Origin: Clostridia bacterium
GTDB lineage: Bacteria > Bacillota > Clostridia > Christensenellales > UBA1242
Direction of reading: 5' to 3'
Assembly: GCA_017623705.1 (NCBI GenBank)
Contig: JAGAOQ010000018.1
Location: forward strand, 949 to 64,948
DNA: 64,000 bases
The position numbers were made by a program, and so were the translations under genes. Of the stretch, positions 55,801 to 62,165 are shown piece after piece (the stretch's first letter is position 1; the number at the start of each line of letters is the position of its first letter). Under the pieces are notes generated by a model that made no database searches, was not told the DNA's origin, and was given only the letters and a program-made list of their open reading frames with translations.

Positions 55801-56154
55801 ACGGATAACAATTTTATACGGATTGCCACCATCTTTTTCTTTGTAATGTTCTTGAATAATTTTAATAATGGTAAAGAAAATAATTAGTGCCGTCGATAAA
55901 CCAATCAAGTTTTTGAAAATTGCATCAACGCTTTTATTCTGAATAATCAAGGTTATCATATCTTTACCCGATTCACCGATACCAGCCAAATTGCGGAAAA
56001 TACTTTCAACACCACTAACAATCCATGCCAACAATCGCCAAATCATATAAAGGAAACTTGGGAGCATTTCCAATACATTATCGATGATCATATAGATAAA
56101 GTTACCCAAACCTTCTACGAAAACATTTTCAAGCAACAGATTTCCCCAATTCAT
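49897..56154 (-). CDS. Giant polytopic membrane protein (2085 aa); a VirB6/ConG-like role is proposed only from topology and synteny
   Basis: Uninterrupted 6.26-kb ORF. Hydrophobic clusters lie at aa 15-145 and aa 1048-1175, with about 900 aa between them. The C-terminal 910 aa or so are K/A/E-rich. Lies 10 nt upstream of the VirB4-like gene. Confidence 0.8.
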   Translation of the reverse strand: MNWGNLLLENVFVEGLGNFIYMIIDNVLEMLPSFLYMIWRLLAWIVSGVESIFRNLAGIGESGKDMITLIIQNKSVDAIFKNLIGLSTALIIFFTIIKIIQEHYKEKDGGNPYKIVIRTFKGLLMFFFVSAAVSVGLKTTQVMFRALDAATGSGNTASIAGSVFKAMAYDANRKRIGLVTEEDAFGADMRNQHIYRLIGDHTDDGKYVLIEMTDKNKPTTAAEWRDKYYELFPSSHYGVVNADGSITPLSQWAQILADEESDDSSWGERWNDSWAEFGDETKKDFEDYIEFEQTSGDITDVDDFIENGEVSGSFGFRSDILSAFTTNVQPSINLAWSPVDIVDYFYALDQVKYISHDIDTTVMGSGTKIPMGTTFVAYKSKGEPVKKSLEDSAKKFGFTFEGKVGLQGDEVSASFSLDTFKPELFLGLLSTILTNVVYTNLTQKAVEAIPMIPASTHIFAVDINYLQLLGPLLMKIFQNMNETFMGNLGLIPKDENGNPLAETFVVGPSTHNGDIWVSVNDRAQFLDLTIEKYQFANHFITLWSQLTDSFKDLINQMEQSSGMSWDNYETDVEELNGLSNKITTDQKEWRDYDARINLYNKNAISMLSKLGNYLNLYEALLTQYPDFETGYEGGIGTGLVDDLLASKGFPGTWETLESSITSTFANLVSAYVGVSPLFSEIRPTNNFADLRIVPSIYQPIIELNMTENRALSMSASEVRNAMFNKDDNNGKVTVNMFFEDNKAYRLIDWSAYCGMTNANGGIKDVFGDYIDFYCANPIDPKSESHDNTPMIKHKSQDDLVFMNYEQNESWESVGLNYFISNTAFQSNNPFIKQTRAGGFNKSFRDSSYWGSRGVTMGDTRYYQEYQNGLPKGNSLNSGFIEHSGPTTSALSLASVDLSAVRTSSANLNALVNAGKLSTLSEIEALADTDAEIDTELMTEFQKNIITFRDLRATSQQSEDKKVLKDWCKNVANAKPTGSYNAKMLYNFTADEIDDMMASAAGGDVRRYLMLTAKNTVNIGEDGKNLQSYIGTFSYSDPDVVRKLYDVIKINFAVGYIAIIAALGVYLNFAFGLIQRAVNMAVLYVMSPVTIAFYPFDDGSKFNSQFVTPFYKEAISAFAVIASLNIFIVLMQPVEDAVKEVTGGGMSGSILSWLSLVAFVSMLPQIRNTICTVLGAGQMSAKSLGSVWSDAKKSMDNGIMKGLKNAGKKAAGFGAGLRNARDRVAALKKDSKAWRDDFLAKKAARGGKVGSWAQAKLDKAKAKESKRKENQEKIDAAIAKGSKDGLTKRQSRMYDRQVKAAEMQAKRNIGGKQKGETKEQYAARVNAEKTNLLSNPDFRKSVSGVIKSNRAIQGAKNVLSAIGDTKAGARAQLIGKRLFGKGSTIGEAIRSKYGIDGTKTQDKNSLWGEFNRWRDPLARQKAMNDFANKEITREAELKKYREALASGLTMGGENTVKGNKVIADEVKKQLIREEFEAKKNNFAMDDKLTGLLTEKYMAEGKSFEDARRDAKLKTFNMNENEKQDLYNELGGDNKLADGLARGLKGLSGLDLDLGVDFKDEKIKQRLKKLESELRLKAQSGSDNIGTELAAATEKQTNAINSMAYSMAQAMGKEGDEKTVKAIAKTLEKVEAGTAFESVVGKIADAAGVDEKEAQKTAAIFMAQTTDSAFVQNSHDMHALKAALEAAKLYEKGDEMFRGKIGDSVSAEDKQAILQIVADVNDEDYTSTNENSLGFKINAIIESYEGKGGLDNPACQAAIDAEKKRMKAMLDAKLKEFEARYADDIRRHDVSKKFVESKNAIDTMSMMTEYQHQREFHIGTKMDAMSVQVVVNDSKIQEMHNRGDYAGAGLVLQQVVDKVMQHDYEGAKSLGVDQDTIDKLRFWEQRGDTDRLNGIRGLGVLDAAHMGSTSAAMGGDTMLGMETAFAQVTSLAEKKIIINKFNAALEDAAHNEARARSEVNQILGQIETNFSGAMWKELRNQLGVASESDFTNLLRDTMIAVNSGTSLKNEKVKKVTEAFEKFRDAHINDLAYQEQLGIAKTFTLGIARANEANELSDRQDELNNGIKAQEGSLQEQMAKLKNLPGAK

Positions 56155-56204
56155 AGTTCCAGCTTAAACTATATCGTAAAAATCGCCAAACGCTTTTTCG
56201 GTTT

Positions 56205-57122
56205 TTAGACGTTAAATTTGAAATGGATAATGTCGCCGTCTTGTACCACGTAATCACGACCCTCTTGACGAACCCGACCGTGGTCTTTGGCGGACAGCAA
56301 ATTGCCGTATTTAACAAAGTCGTCGTAAGAAACAACTTCAGCTTTAATAAAACCACGCATGAAGTCGGTATGAATTTTACCCGCTGCGATTAAAGCAGTG
56401 TCGCCCTTTTTAATTGTCCAAGCACGGACTTCGGGTTCGCCAGCAGTTAAATAAGAAATCAAACCTAATAAATGGTAACCTGCCACGATGAGTTTATCTA
56501 AGCCACTTTGTTGTAAACCGTACATTTGCATAAACTCGGCACGTTCGCTTTCATTTTGCAAAGCTGCCAATTCATTTTCAACATGAGCACAAATACCAAT
56601 CACTTGGGCGTTATCCGCTTTCGCAATTTCCTTAATCTTCGCAAAGTGCGGATTGTTTGCTCCGTCGTCGGCAATGTCGCTTTCATTATAATTTGCCACA
56701 TAAATCACGGGCTTATCAATGCCAGCGTACATCAATTCTAATTTAATGGTGTCAATATCACTTTCGGGGTTTGCTCCACCATCAACATGCGTAACATTAG
56801 GGTCATCAAATGCTCGTACGACATGCACAATCGCATCGACTTCACGGATATGTGATAAAAATTTATTTCCCAAACCTTCGCCTTGTGAAGCACCTTTAAC
56901 CAAACCAGCAATATCAACAAACTTAACCGTTGAATTGATGACAGATTTTGCTTGATAATGTTTGGCTAAAAAATCAACACGGGGGTCAGGCACAGGCACA
57001 ATACCAATGTTCGGCTCAATCGTACAAAACGGATAGTTCGCGACTTCCGCCCCAGCACGAGTAATCGCATTAAATAAAGTACTTTTTCCTACATTAGGTA
57101 AACCAACAATTCCAATCTTCAT
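56205..57122 (-). CDS. ychF: Ribosome-binding ATPase YchF (short form lacking the helical insertion)
   Basis: [29 protein letters not shown] and a C-terminal TGS-like domain ending [11 protein letters not shown]. 305 aa. AAGGAG SD. Confidence 0.9.
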   Translation of the reverse strand: MKIGIVGLPNVGKSTLFNAITRAGAEVANYPFCTIEPNIGIVPVPDPRVDFLAKHYQAKSVINSTVKFVDIAGLVKGASQGEGLGNKFLSHIREVDAIVHVVRAFDDPNVTHVDGGANPESDIDTIKLELMYAGIDKPVIYVANYNESDIADDGANNPHFAKIKEIAKADNAQVIGICAHVENELAALQNESERAEFMQMYGLQQSGLDKLIVAGYHLLGLISYLTAGEPEVRAWTIKKGDTALIAAGKIHTDFMRGFIKAEVVSYDDFVKYGNLLSAKDHGRVRQEGRDYVVQDGDIIHFKFNV

Positions 57123-57140
57123 TTTTCCAACTCCTTTGTT

Positions 57141-57878
57141 TTAATCCCGACGACGACCAAAAATCATCATAAAATAGGACAAATATCTTAAAAAGTAAAT
57201 TAACGACATCGCAAAACTAACGACATAAGTATTCGCCGCTGCCCGTAAAACCTTATTCACACCACGTCGTTCTTGTTTCGTATCAATAATTTGCATAGCT
57301 TGCAACATGGCTTTACCACGGCGAGAAGCATCGAACTCGGTTGGCAAGGTAATCAAACTAACTACCGCACTCAAACCGTAAACAATACAGAAACCTAACA
57401 ACAACCATTTGACGTAGATTTCTGCTCCCATGCCCATGGTAAAGAAAGAAGCAACTAAACTAATAATAATCAATGGTGTTAGTAAACGACTGGAAAAATT
57501 ACTAAGGCGAATTACTAAATTACGGACACGCAATGGTAAATAGTTTTCTGCGTCTTGCATGGCATGTCCGCATTCATGAGCCGCAATCGCCATCGCAGAA
57601 ACCGATGAACTATGCAAAACTTTTGCCGTCAAACGAACTGCCTTCGCCGTCGGGTCATAATGGTCGCCTTCGCCGTCGCTCGCTTCTTCAACGTGAATAT
57701 CTAATTGGTTTTCGGTTGCAATGCGTTGCACCAAATCTTTGGCCGTAAGGTTGCTCCCGCTTTCCATGTGATGATAATGGTTAATTACCGTGGTAACTCG
57801 AATGGAAGCAATGATGGCAAATAACAAGACAGGCAACATTGCCAAACCCGAGAGAAAATAAATTAGTTCCCAAGTCAT
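57141..57878 (-). CDS. YugP-like membrane zinc metallopeptidase
   Basis: HECGHAMQD (HExxH) motif flanked by TM segments. 245 aa. Confidence 0.8.
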   Translation of the reverse strand: MTWELIYFLSGLAMLPVLLFAIIASIRVTTVINHYHHMESGSNLTAKDLVQRIATENQLDIHVEEASDGEGDHYDPTAKAVRLTAKVLHSSSVSAMAIAAHECGHAMQDAENYLPLRVRNLVIRLSNFSSRLLTPLIIISLVASFFTMGMGAEIYVKWLLLGFCIVYGLSAVVSLITLPTEFDASRRGKAMLQAMQIIDTKQERRGVNKVLRAAANTYVVSFAMSLIYFLRYLSYFMMIFGRRRD

Positions 57879-57891
57879 AATCTATTATGAA

Positions 57892-58461
57892 TTATTTTAC
57901 CATTTGTAACAACAAATTTTTCAACTCTGCCATGTCTTTCACGTGGATAATTTCCGCACCGTTTTGTACGTCTGGATTATTATCACGACTACGAAAGAAA
58001 TCATTGACCGTATCAAAGATTTGTCCAGCTCCGCCAAATTCATCAACAATAATCATTTTCTTTTTTGCAAAGAACGAAAACAATAATTCACTAAACGTTC
58101 CCCAACTGCCACCCAAAGCAATGACAACATCACTGTATGGTGTCATATCCATACTGCGTTTCAAGAAGTTTTCACTGTTCGTTGGCAAAATGTTTTCGTT
58201 AAAAACTAAATCGGTAACGCCGTCCGTGGTAAATTTGTAGCGTTCCAAATGTTCTTGTAAATCGACCGCAGGTGTGTAGCCAATAACTTTGCCGTTCGCT
58301 TGCACTGCACCACGTCCAACATAATAAGGATAGCCACCACAAGCACCCGTTAAAATTTCAAAGCCATTGTCTGCCAAAAACTTACCCAAATCTGCACAAG
58401 CTTGAATTTCTTTTTCGCTGTAATGTTTATTGTTTGTTCCGCCATAAACGGTAATTTTCAT
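57892..58461 (-). CDS. LOG/TIGR00725-type (SLOG) Rossmann-fold protein
   Basis: ILTGACGGYPYYVGRGA and ALGGSWGTFSE resemble the LOG-family GGGxG and PGGxGTxxE motifs. Confidence 0.7.
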   Translation of the reverse strand: MKITVYGGTNNKHYSEKEIQACADLGKFLADNGFEILTGACGGYPYYVGRGAVQANGKVIGYTPAVDLQEHLERYKFTTDGVTDLVFNENILPTNSENFLKRSMDMTPYSDVVIALGGSWGTFSELLFSFFAKKKMIIVDEFGGAGQIFDTVNDFFRSRDNNPDVQNGAEIIHVKDMAELKNLLLQMVK

Positions 58462-58463
58462 AT

Positions 58464-60026
58464 TTAGAATCCCTCCCTTAAACCGATGGTTTTATTAAAG
58501 ACCAAACTATCTTGTTGGTCGAGTACATAATAACCTTTACGCACGAATTGATATTTTGATGACACATCATTGCGGTCAGCTAACCATTTTTCCGCATAGC
58601 CATGACTTTCATGTAAAGAATCACGGTTAATGTTTGCGTCGTTCAAGTCGGTACCTTCCTTTAACAATGGTTCAAACGAACGAATTGTTACTGACACAGC
58701 ATCACGAGCATTAACATATTGAATTACGCCCTTGGCTTTTTCGTCGGTAATTTCACATTCCAAAACATCACCAACTTGACGCAAGCACTTAATCTTATAA
58801 GCTCCACGTAATTGCACAACACCACCTACGGTTAAGCGTTTATATTTCGGTGGCGGATTATCGCTAAAATCACTGCCGTCAATCCAGATTTCGTTAGAGA
58901 AGCTAATTTCATGCGTGCCAGCAGTTTCATCGTGCGGATTATTTGTAACGGCAAAAACTTCGTTTTGATCATAATTGACAATCTTTACTCTAATCGGGTT
59001 TTCCACAACGGCAACACGTAAAGCACATTTGTCTAATTCGGTACGCACATAATATTCCAAAGCAGACAATGGTACAGTCATCACATTTTTAGTAACGCCA
59101 GTTGATTGCACAAAATCCATAATTGCTTTGGCAGGATAACCACGACGACGCATACCGCAAATTGTTGGCATACGTGGGTCGTCCCAACCACTAACCAAAC
59201 CTTCATCAACGAAGCGTTTTAGCCAACGTTTACTCATCACAAAACGTTCGATGTTCAAACGAGAAAATTCGTATTGTTCGGGTGGAATTGCTGGCAAGTC
59301 TGGTAAAGCACCTTGACATTGTTCCACGCACCAATTATAGAGTGGACGATGATCTTCAAATTCCAAACTGCATAAGCTGTTACTAATGTGTTCAATGTAA
59401 TCGCTTAAACTGTGAGCAAAGTCGTACATCGGGTAAATACACCAAGCATTGCCTGTGCGGTAATGAGTTTGACGGTTAATCCGGTACAAGACTGGATCAC
59501 GCATGTTCATATTCGGTGAAGCCATATCAATTTTAGCCCGCAAGACGCGACTGCCGTCCGCAAATTCACCAGCACGCATGCGTTGAAACAAGTCTAAATT
59601 TTCTTCAACTGTACGGTTGCGGTAAGGACTTAATTGCCCCGGAACACCTAACTCACCACGCATGGCTTTGATTTCTTCCATCGAGCTATCATCGACGTAA
59701 GCCAAACCACGTTTAATCAAATGCACGGCACATTGAAATAATTTTTCGTAGTAATCGCTGGCAAAAACAACTTGGTCGTATTCCACACCGAGCCAGTTCA
59801 AATCACGTTTAATTCCTTCCACATATTCCATGTTTTCTTTGGCAGGGTTGGTATCATCAAAACGCAAATTAGCTTTGCCATGATATTTGCAACGCATACC
59901 ATAAGAAATACTAAACGCTTTCGCATGACCAATGTGCAGAAAGCCGTTTGGTTCAGGTGGATAACGTAAAATAATATTTTGCCCACGATTTTGGGCTTTC
60001 ACTAATCCTTCTTCAATAAAGTTCAT
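58464..60026 (-). CDS. glnS: Glutaminyl-tRNA synthetase
   Basis: RYPPEPNGFLHIGHAKA (HIGH motif), FSRLNIERFVMSKRWL (KMSKS-like motif), and a GlnRS-type C-terminal anticodon-binding region. Confidence 0.88.
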   Translation of the reverse strand: MNFIEEGLVKAQNRGQNIILRYPPEPNGFLHIGHAKAFSISYGMRCKYHGKANLRFDDTNPAKENMEYVEGIKRDLNWLGVEYDQVVFASDYYEKLFQCAVHLIKRGLAYVDDSSMEEIKAMRGELGVPGQLSPYRNRTVEENLDLFQRMRAGEFADGSRVLRAKIDMASPNMNMRDPVLYRINRQTHYRTGNAWCIYPMYDFAHSLSDYIEHISNSLCSLEFEDHRPLYNWCVEQCQGALPDLPAIPPEQYEFSRLNIERFVMSKRWLKRFVDEGLVSGWDDPRMPTICGMRRRGYPAKAIMDFVQSTGVTKNVMTVPLSALEYYVRTELDKCALRVAVVENPIRVKIVNYDQNEVFAVTNNPHDETAGTHEISFSNEIWIDGSDFSDNPPPKYKRLTVGGVVQLRGAYKIKCLRQVGDVLECEITDEKAKGVIQYVNARDAVSVTIRSFEPLLKEGTDLNDANINRDSLHESHGYAEKWLADRNDVSSKYQFVRKGYYVLDQQDSLVFNKTIGLREGF

Positions 60027-61075
60027 ATTAGATTGTAAATTTCATTTTTGAGTTTGTCTATTCCAATTTTTTGCATTGCCGAAATAACAATTGCTCCGTC
60101 AGGGGCAATGAAGTCAGGACGCTTATCAATTTTATTAAAAACTAACAACTGTGGAATTGCACCAGCACCGATATTTTGCAAAACTTGATTGACCACGGCA
60201 ATTTGCTTTTCGTATTCAGGGTTAGCACAATCCACGACATGGATTAACAAATCCGCTTCCCTGGTTTCGTCCAAAGTTGCTTCAAACGCACGGATAAATT
60301 CATGTGGTAAACGATTGATAAAACCAACGGTATCCGTCAAAACAAAATTTTTACCGTCCAAATAAATACCACGAGTTGTTGTATCCAAAGTTGCAAACAA
60401 TTCATCTTTGGCGTAAACCCCCGCTTTGGTTAATAAGTTGAACAAAGTTGACTTCCCGCTGTTCGTGTACCCGACCAAACAAACACGTTGTTGGTGATGG
60501 CGTTGACGCACGGAAATTTCACGAGCTTTTTTCACATCGGCTAACTTGCGTTCCAAAGCACTAATCTCATCACGGATTAAACGTTTGTCTAATTCAAGTT
60601 TCTTTTCGCCCGGACCACGCATACCAACACCGTTCCGCATTTTACTCATCAAACCACCACTACCAATCAAGCGTGGTAAGTTGTAACGCAACTGTGCTAA
60701 TTCAACCTGCAACTTGCCTGCCGCACTTTGAGCCCGTGCCGCAAAAATATCCAAAATAACTTTACTACGATCCAAAACCGGAACGCCGAGTGCTTGTTCC
60801 AAATTACGAACTTTACTACCAGATAGTTCAACATCGAAAACTACGACGTTTGCGTTCGTTTCCGCAATCAGTTGTTTCAGCTCATCAACTTTACCCTTAC
60901 CGATATAATAAGTAACATCAATGTCTTTGCGGTTTTGAATCACACGACCCACCGTTTGTAAATTACAGGTGGCACACAGTAAAGATAATTCGTCTAAATC
61001 TTCAACAGAAAAAATTTGGTTGACACCAACGCCAACCAAAATTGCTAAATCAGGGGCAACCTGATTATTGTGCAT
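60023..61075 (-). CDS. hflX: GTPase HflX
   Basis: LVGYTNSGKSTLFNLL (G1), DTVGFI (G3) and FNKID (G4). The start is placed at 61075; the ORF track extends to 61129. Confidence 0.88.
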   Translation of the reverse strand: MHNNQVAPDLAILVGVGVNQIFSVEDLDELSLLCATCNLQTVGRVIQNRKDIDVTYYIGKGKVDELKQLIAETNANVVVFDVELSGSKVRNLEQALGVPVLDRSKVILDIFAARAQSAAGKLQVELAQLRYNLPRLIGSGGLMSKMRNGVGMRGPGEKKLELDKRLIRDEISALERKLADVKKAREISVRQRHHQQRVCLVGYTNSGKSTLFNLLTKAGVYAKDELFATLDTTTRGIYLDGKNFVLTDTVGFINRLPHEFIRAFEATLDETREADLLIHVVDCANPEYEKQIAVVNQVLQNIGAGAIPQLLVFNKIDKRPDFIAPDGAIVISAMQKIGIDKLKNEIYNLI

Positions 61076-61295
61076 TGCGTTCAGCCGCCGCTTTGGCTTT
61101 TTTTGCCTTGACGTCGTTTTTTGTTTCAATACGTTTTAAACCGTCATAGTAACCACATTCAGGGCAAACGATGTGAGGCATAATTTTTGCCTTACATTGT
61201 TTACATTCGGTTAACGTCGGCACAGTTAATTTACTGTTATTTGCATTACGTGTATTACGACGTGCTTTCGATACTTTGTGTTTTGGTACTGCCAT
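61065..61295 (-). CDS. rpmF: 50S ribosomal protein L32 with a K/A-rich C-terminal tail
   Basis: MAVPKHKVSKARRNTRNANN..CKQC..CPECGYY. The start is placed at ATG 61295, not the extended ORF start at 61355. Confidence 0.85.
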   Translation of the reverse strand: MAVPKHKVSKARRNTRNANNSKLTVPTLTECKQCKAKIMPHIVCPECGYYDGLKRIETKNDVKAKKAKAAAERNAQ

Positions 61296-61303
61296 AATGA
61301 AGT

Positions 61304-61332
61304 AGTTTAACAAATAATACTTGAAATGTAAA
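61304..61332 (-). promoter_or_regulatory. Promoter for rpmF (predicted leaderless)
   Basis: On the minus strand: TTTACA (61332-61327), N17, TAAACT (61309-61304), N8, ATG 61295. No SD. Confidence 0.5.
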
Positions 61333-61349
61333 GAACTTTCATATATATT
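61321..61349 (+). promoter_or_regulatory. Promoter for the SleB-like hydrolase gene (predicted leaderless)
   Basis: TTGAAA (61321-61326), N17, TATATT (61344-61349), N6, ATG 61356. Confidence 0.6.
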
Positions 61350-61355
61350 TATCAA

Positions 61356-62165
61356 ATGGGTTTATTAGCAAGAGCAACCGAACTATTAGAACAAGAAGAA
61401 GCTAAGGCAGTGGCGGCAGCAACAAATGCCAAAACTTTCAAAAGCTATACGAAAAAACAACAGAAAACCAGAACTAACAAAAACCAAAAACTCAACCACC
61501 AATTCCGTAAATTGCGTAAGTTTGTACTTGCAGTTACAATGAGCATGACATCGCAAATCACGACGCCAGTAACTTTTGATGCCAACTTATTCAATTTCAA
61601 ATACCAAGAACCATTAAAGATTGAAATGACAATGCCGACGGCTGACCAAGAAAAAGCTCTCAACCAACACATTGAGAACTTTGCCCAAGGTTTACAATCC
61701 AAAGTTAGCCAAAGCGAACGTGAAGTTTTAGCACGTATGCTTTACGGTGAAGCAGGACGTGGTGCAGACCCGTTTGAAGTCTTGCATACCGTCTTAAATC
61801 GTGCCGCTTCCCCACTTTTCAAAGGTTCATTAACCGACATCGTAACACAAAAAAATCAATACGTTGGTTATAACGCCAAAAACCCACTCACCAAAGACTA
61901 TCTCGACATGGTTGACCTAGTCATTGATGAATGGGAAGCAAACGATTGCAAAAAAATTGACGGTTGTAATCATTACTATTTTGTTACTGGTATTCCAGGT
62001 GTTTGTAATAAATTTGAAGTTAGTCCAGACAAACACGGCAAATGGGTACCGACTAAATCGAAAAAATACGCAACCATGCAACATTACTGCGACACCGCCA
62101 CGGCACAAGCAGAACGCTTTTTCGCAGAACGTAATCAACAACAAGAAAGTGAACGTTCACTTTAA
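61356..62165 (+). CDS. Cell wall hydrolase, SleB/CwlJ (Hydrolase_2) family
   Basis: LARMLYGEAGRGADPFEVLHTVLNRA..IVTQKNQYVGYN is typical of the Hydrolase_2 domain. Confidence 0.75.
   Translation: MGLLARATELLEQEEAKAVAAATNAKTFKSYTKKQQKTRTNKNQKLNHQFRKLRKFVLAVTMSMTSQITTPVTFDANLFNFKYQEPLKIEMTMPTADQEKALNQHIENFAQGLQSKVSQSEREVLARMLYGEAGRGADPFEVLHTVLNRAASPLFKGSLTDIVTQKNQYVGYNAKNPLTKDYLDMVDLVIDEWEANDCKKIDGCNHYYFVTGIPGVCNKFEVSPDKHGKWVPTKSKKYATMQHYCDTATAQAERFFAERNQQQESERSL

Noticed and set aside
47265-56154. Interpretation as a classical ICE/conjugative transposon, or as a prophage tape-measure gene.
   Set aside because: There is no integrase, relaxase, coupling protein, replication or phage structural genes, tRNA target or flanking direct repeats in the 64 kb. 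Both neighbours are core genes on the same strand at 38-50 nt. A tape-measure protein would not be coupled to a VirB4-type ATPase. A decayed ICE remnant cannot be fully excluded without comparative data.
57141-58461. The SLOG/LOG-like protein next to a membrane metallopeptidase as a possible nucleotide-signalling conflict system.
   Set aside because: Both genes look like widely conserved housekeeping families (TIGR00725-type and YugP-type) in a translation-factor operon. There is no cyclase, effector or sensor partner.
61356-62165. The SleB-like cell-wall hydrolase as the missing VirB1/CwlT-type component of the T4SS-like module.
   Set aside because: It lies 5 kb away on the opposite strand, with its own promoter and separated by six housekeeping genes. 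Hydrolase_2 is not the CHAP/SLT type usually found in Gram-positive T4SSs. The link is not supportable from sequence alone.
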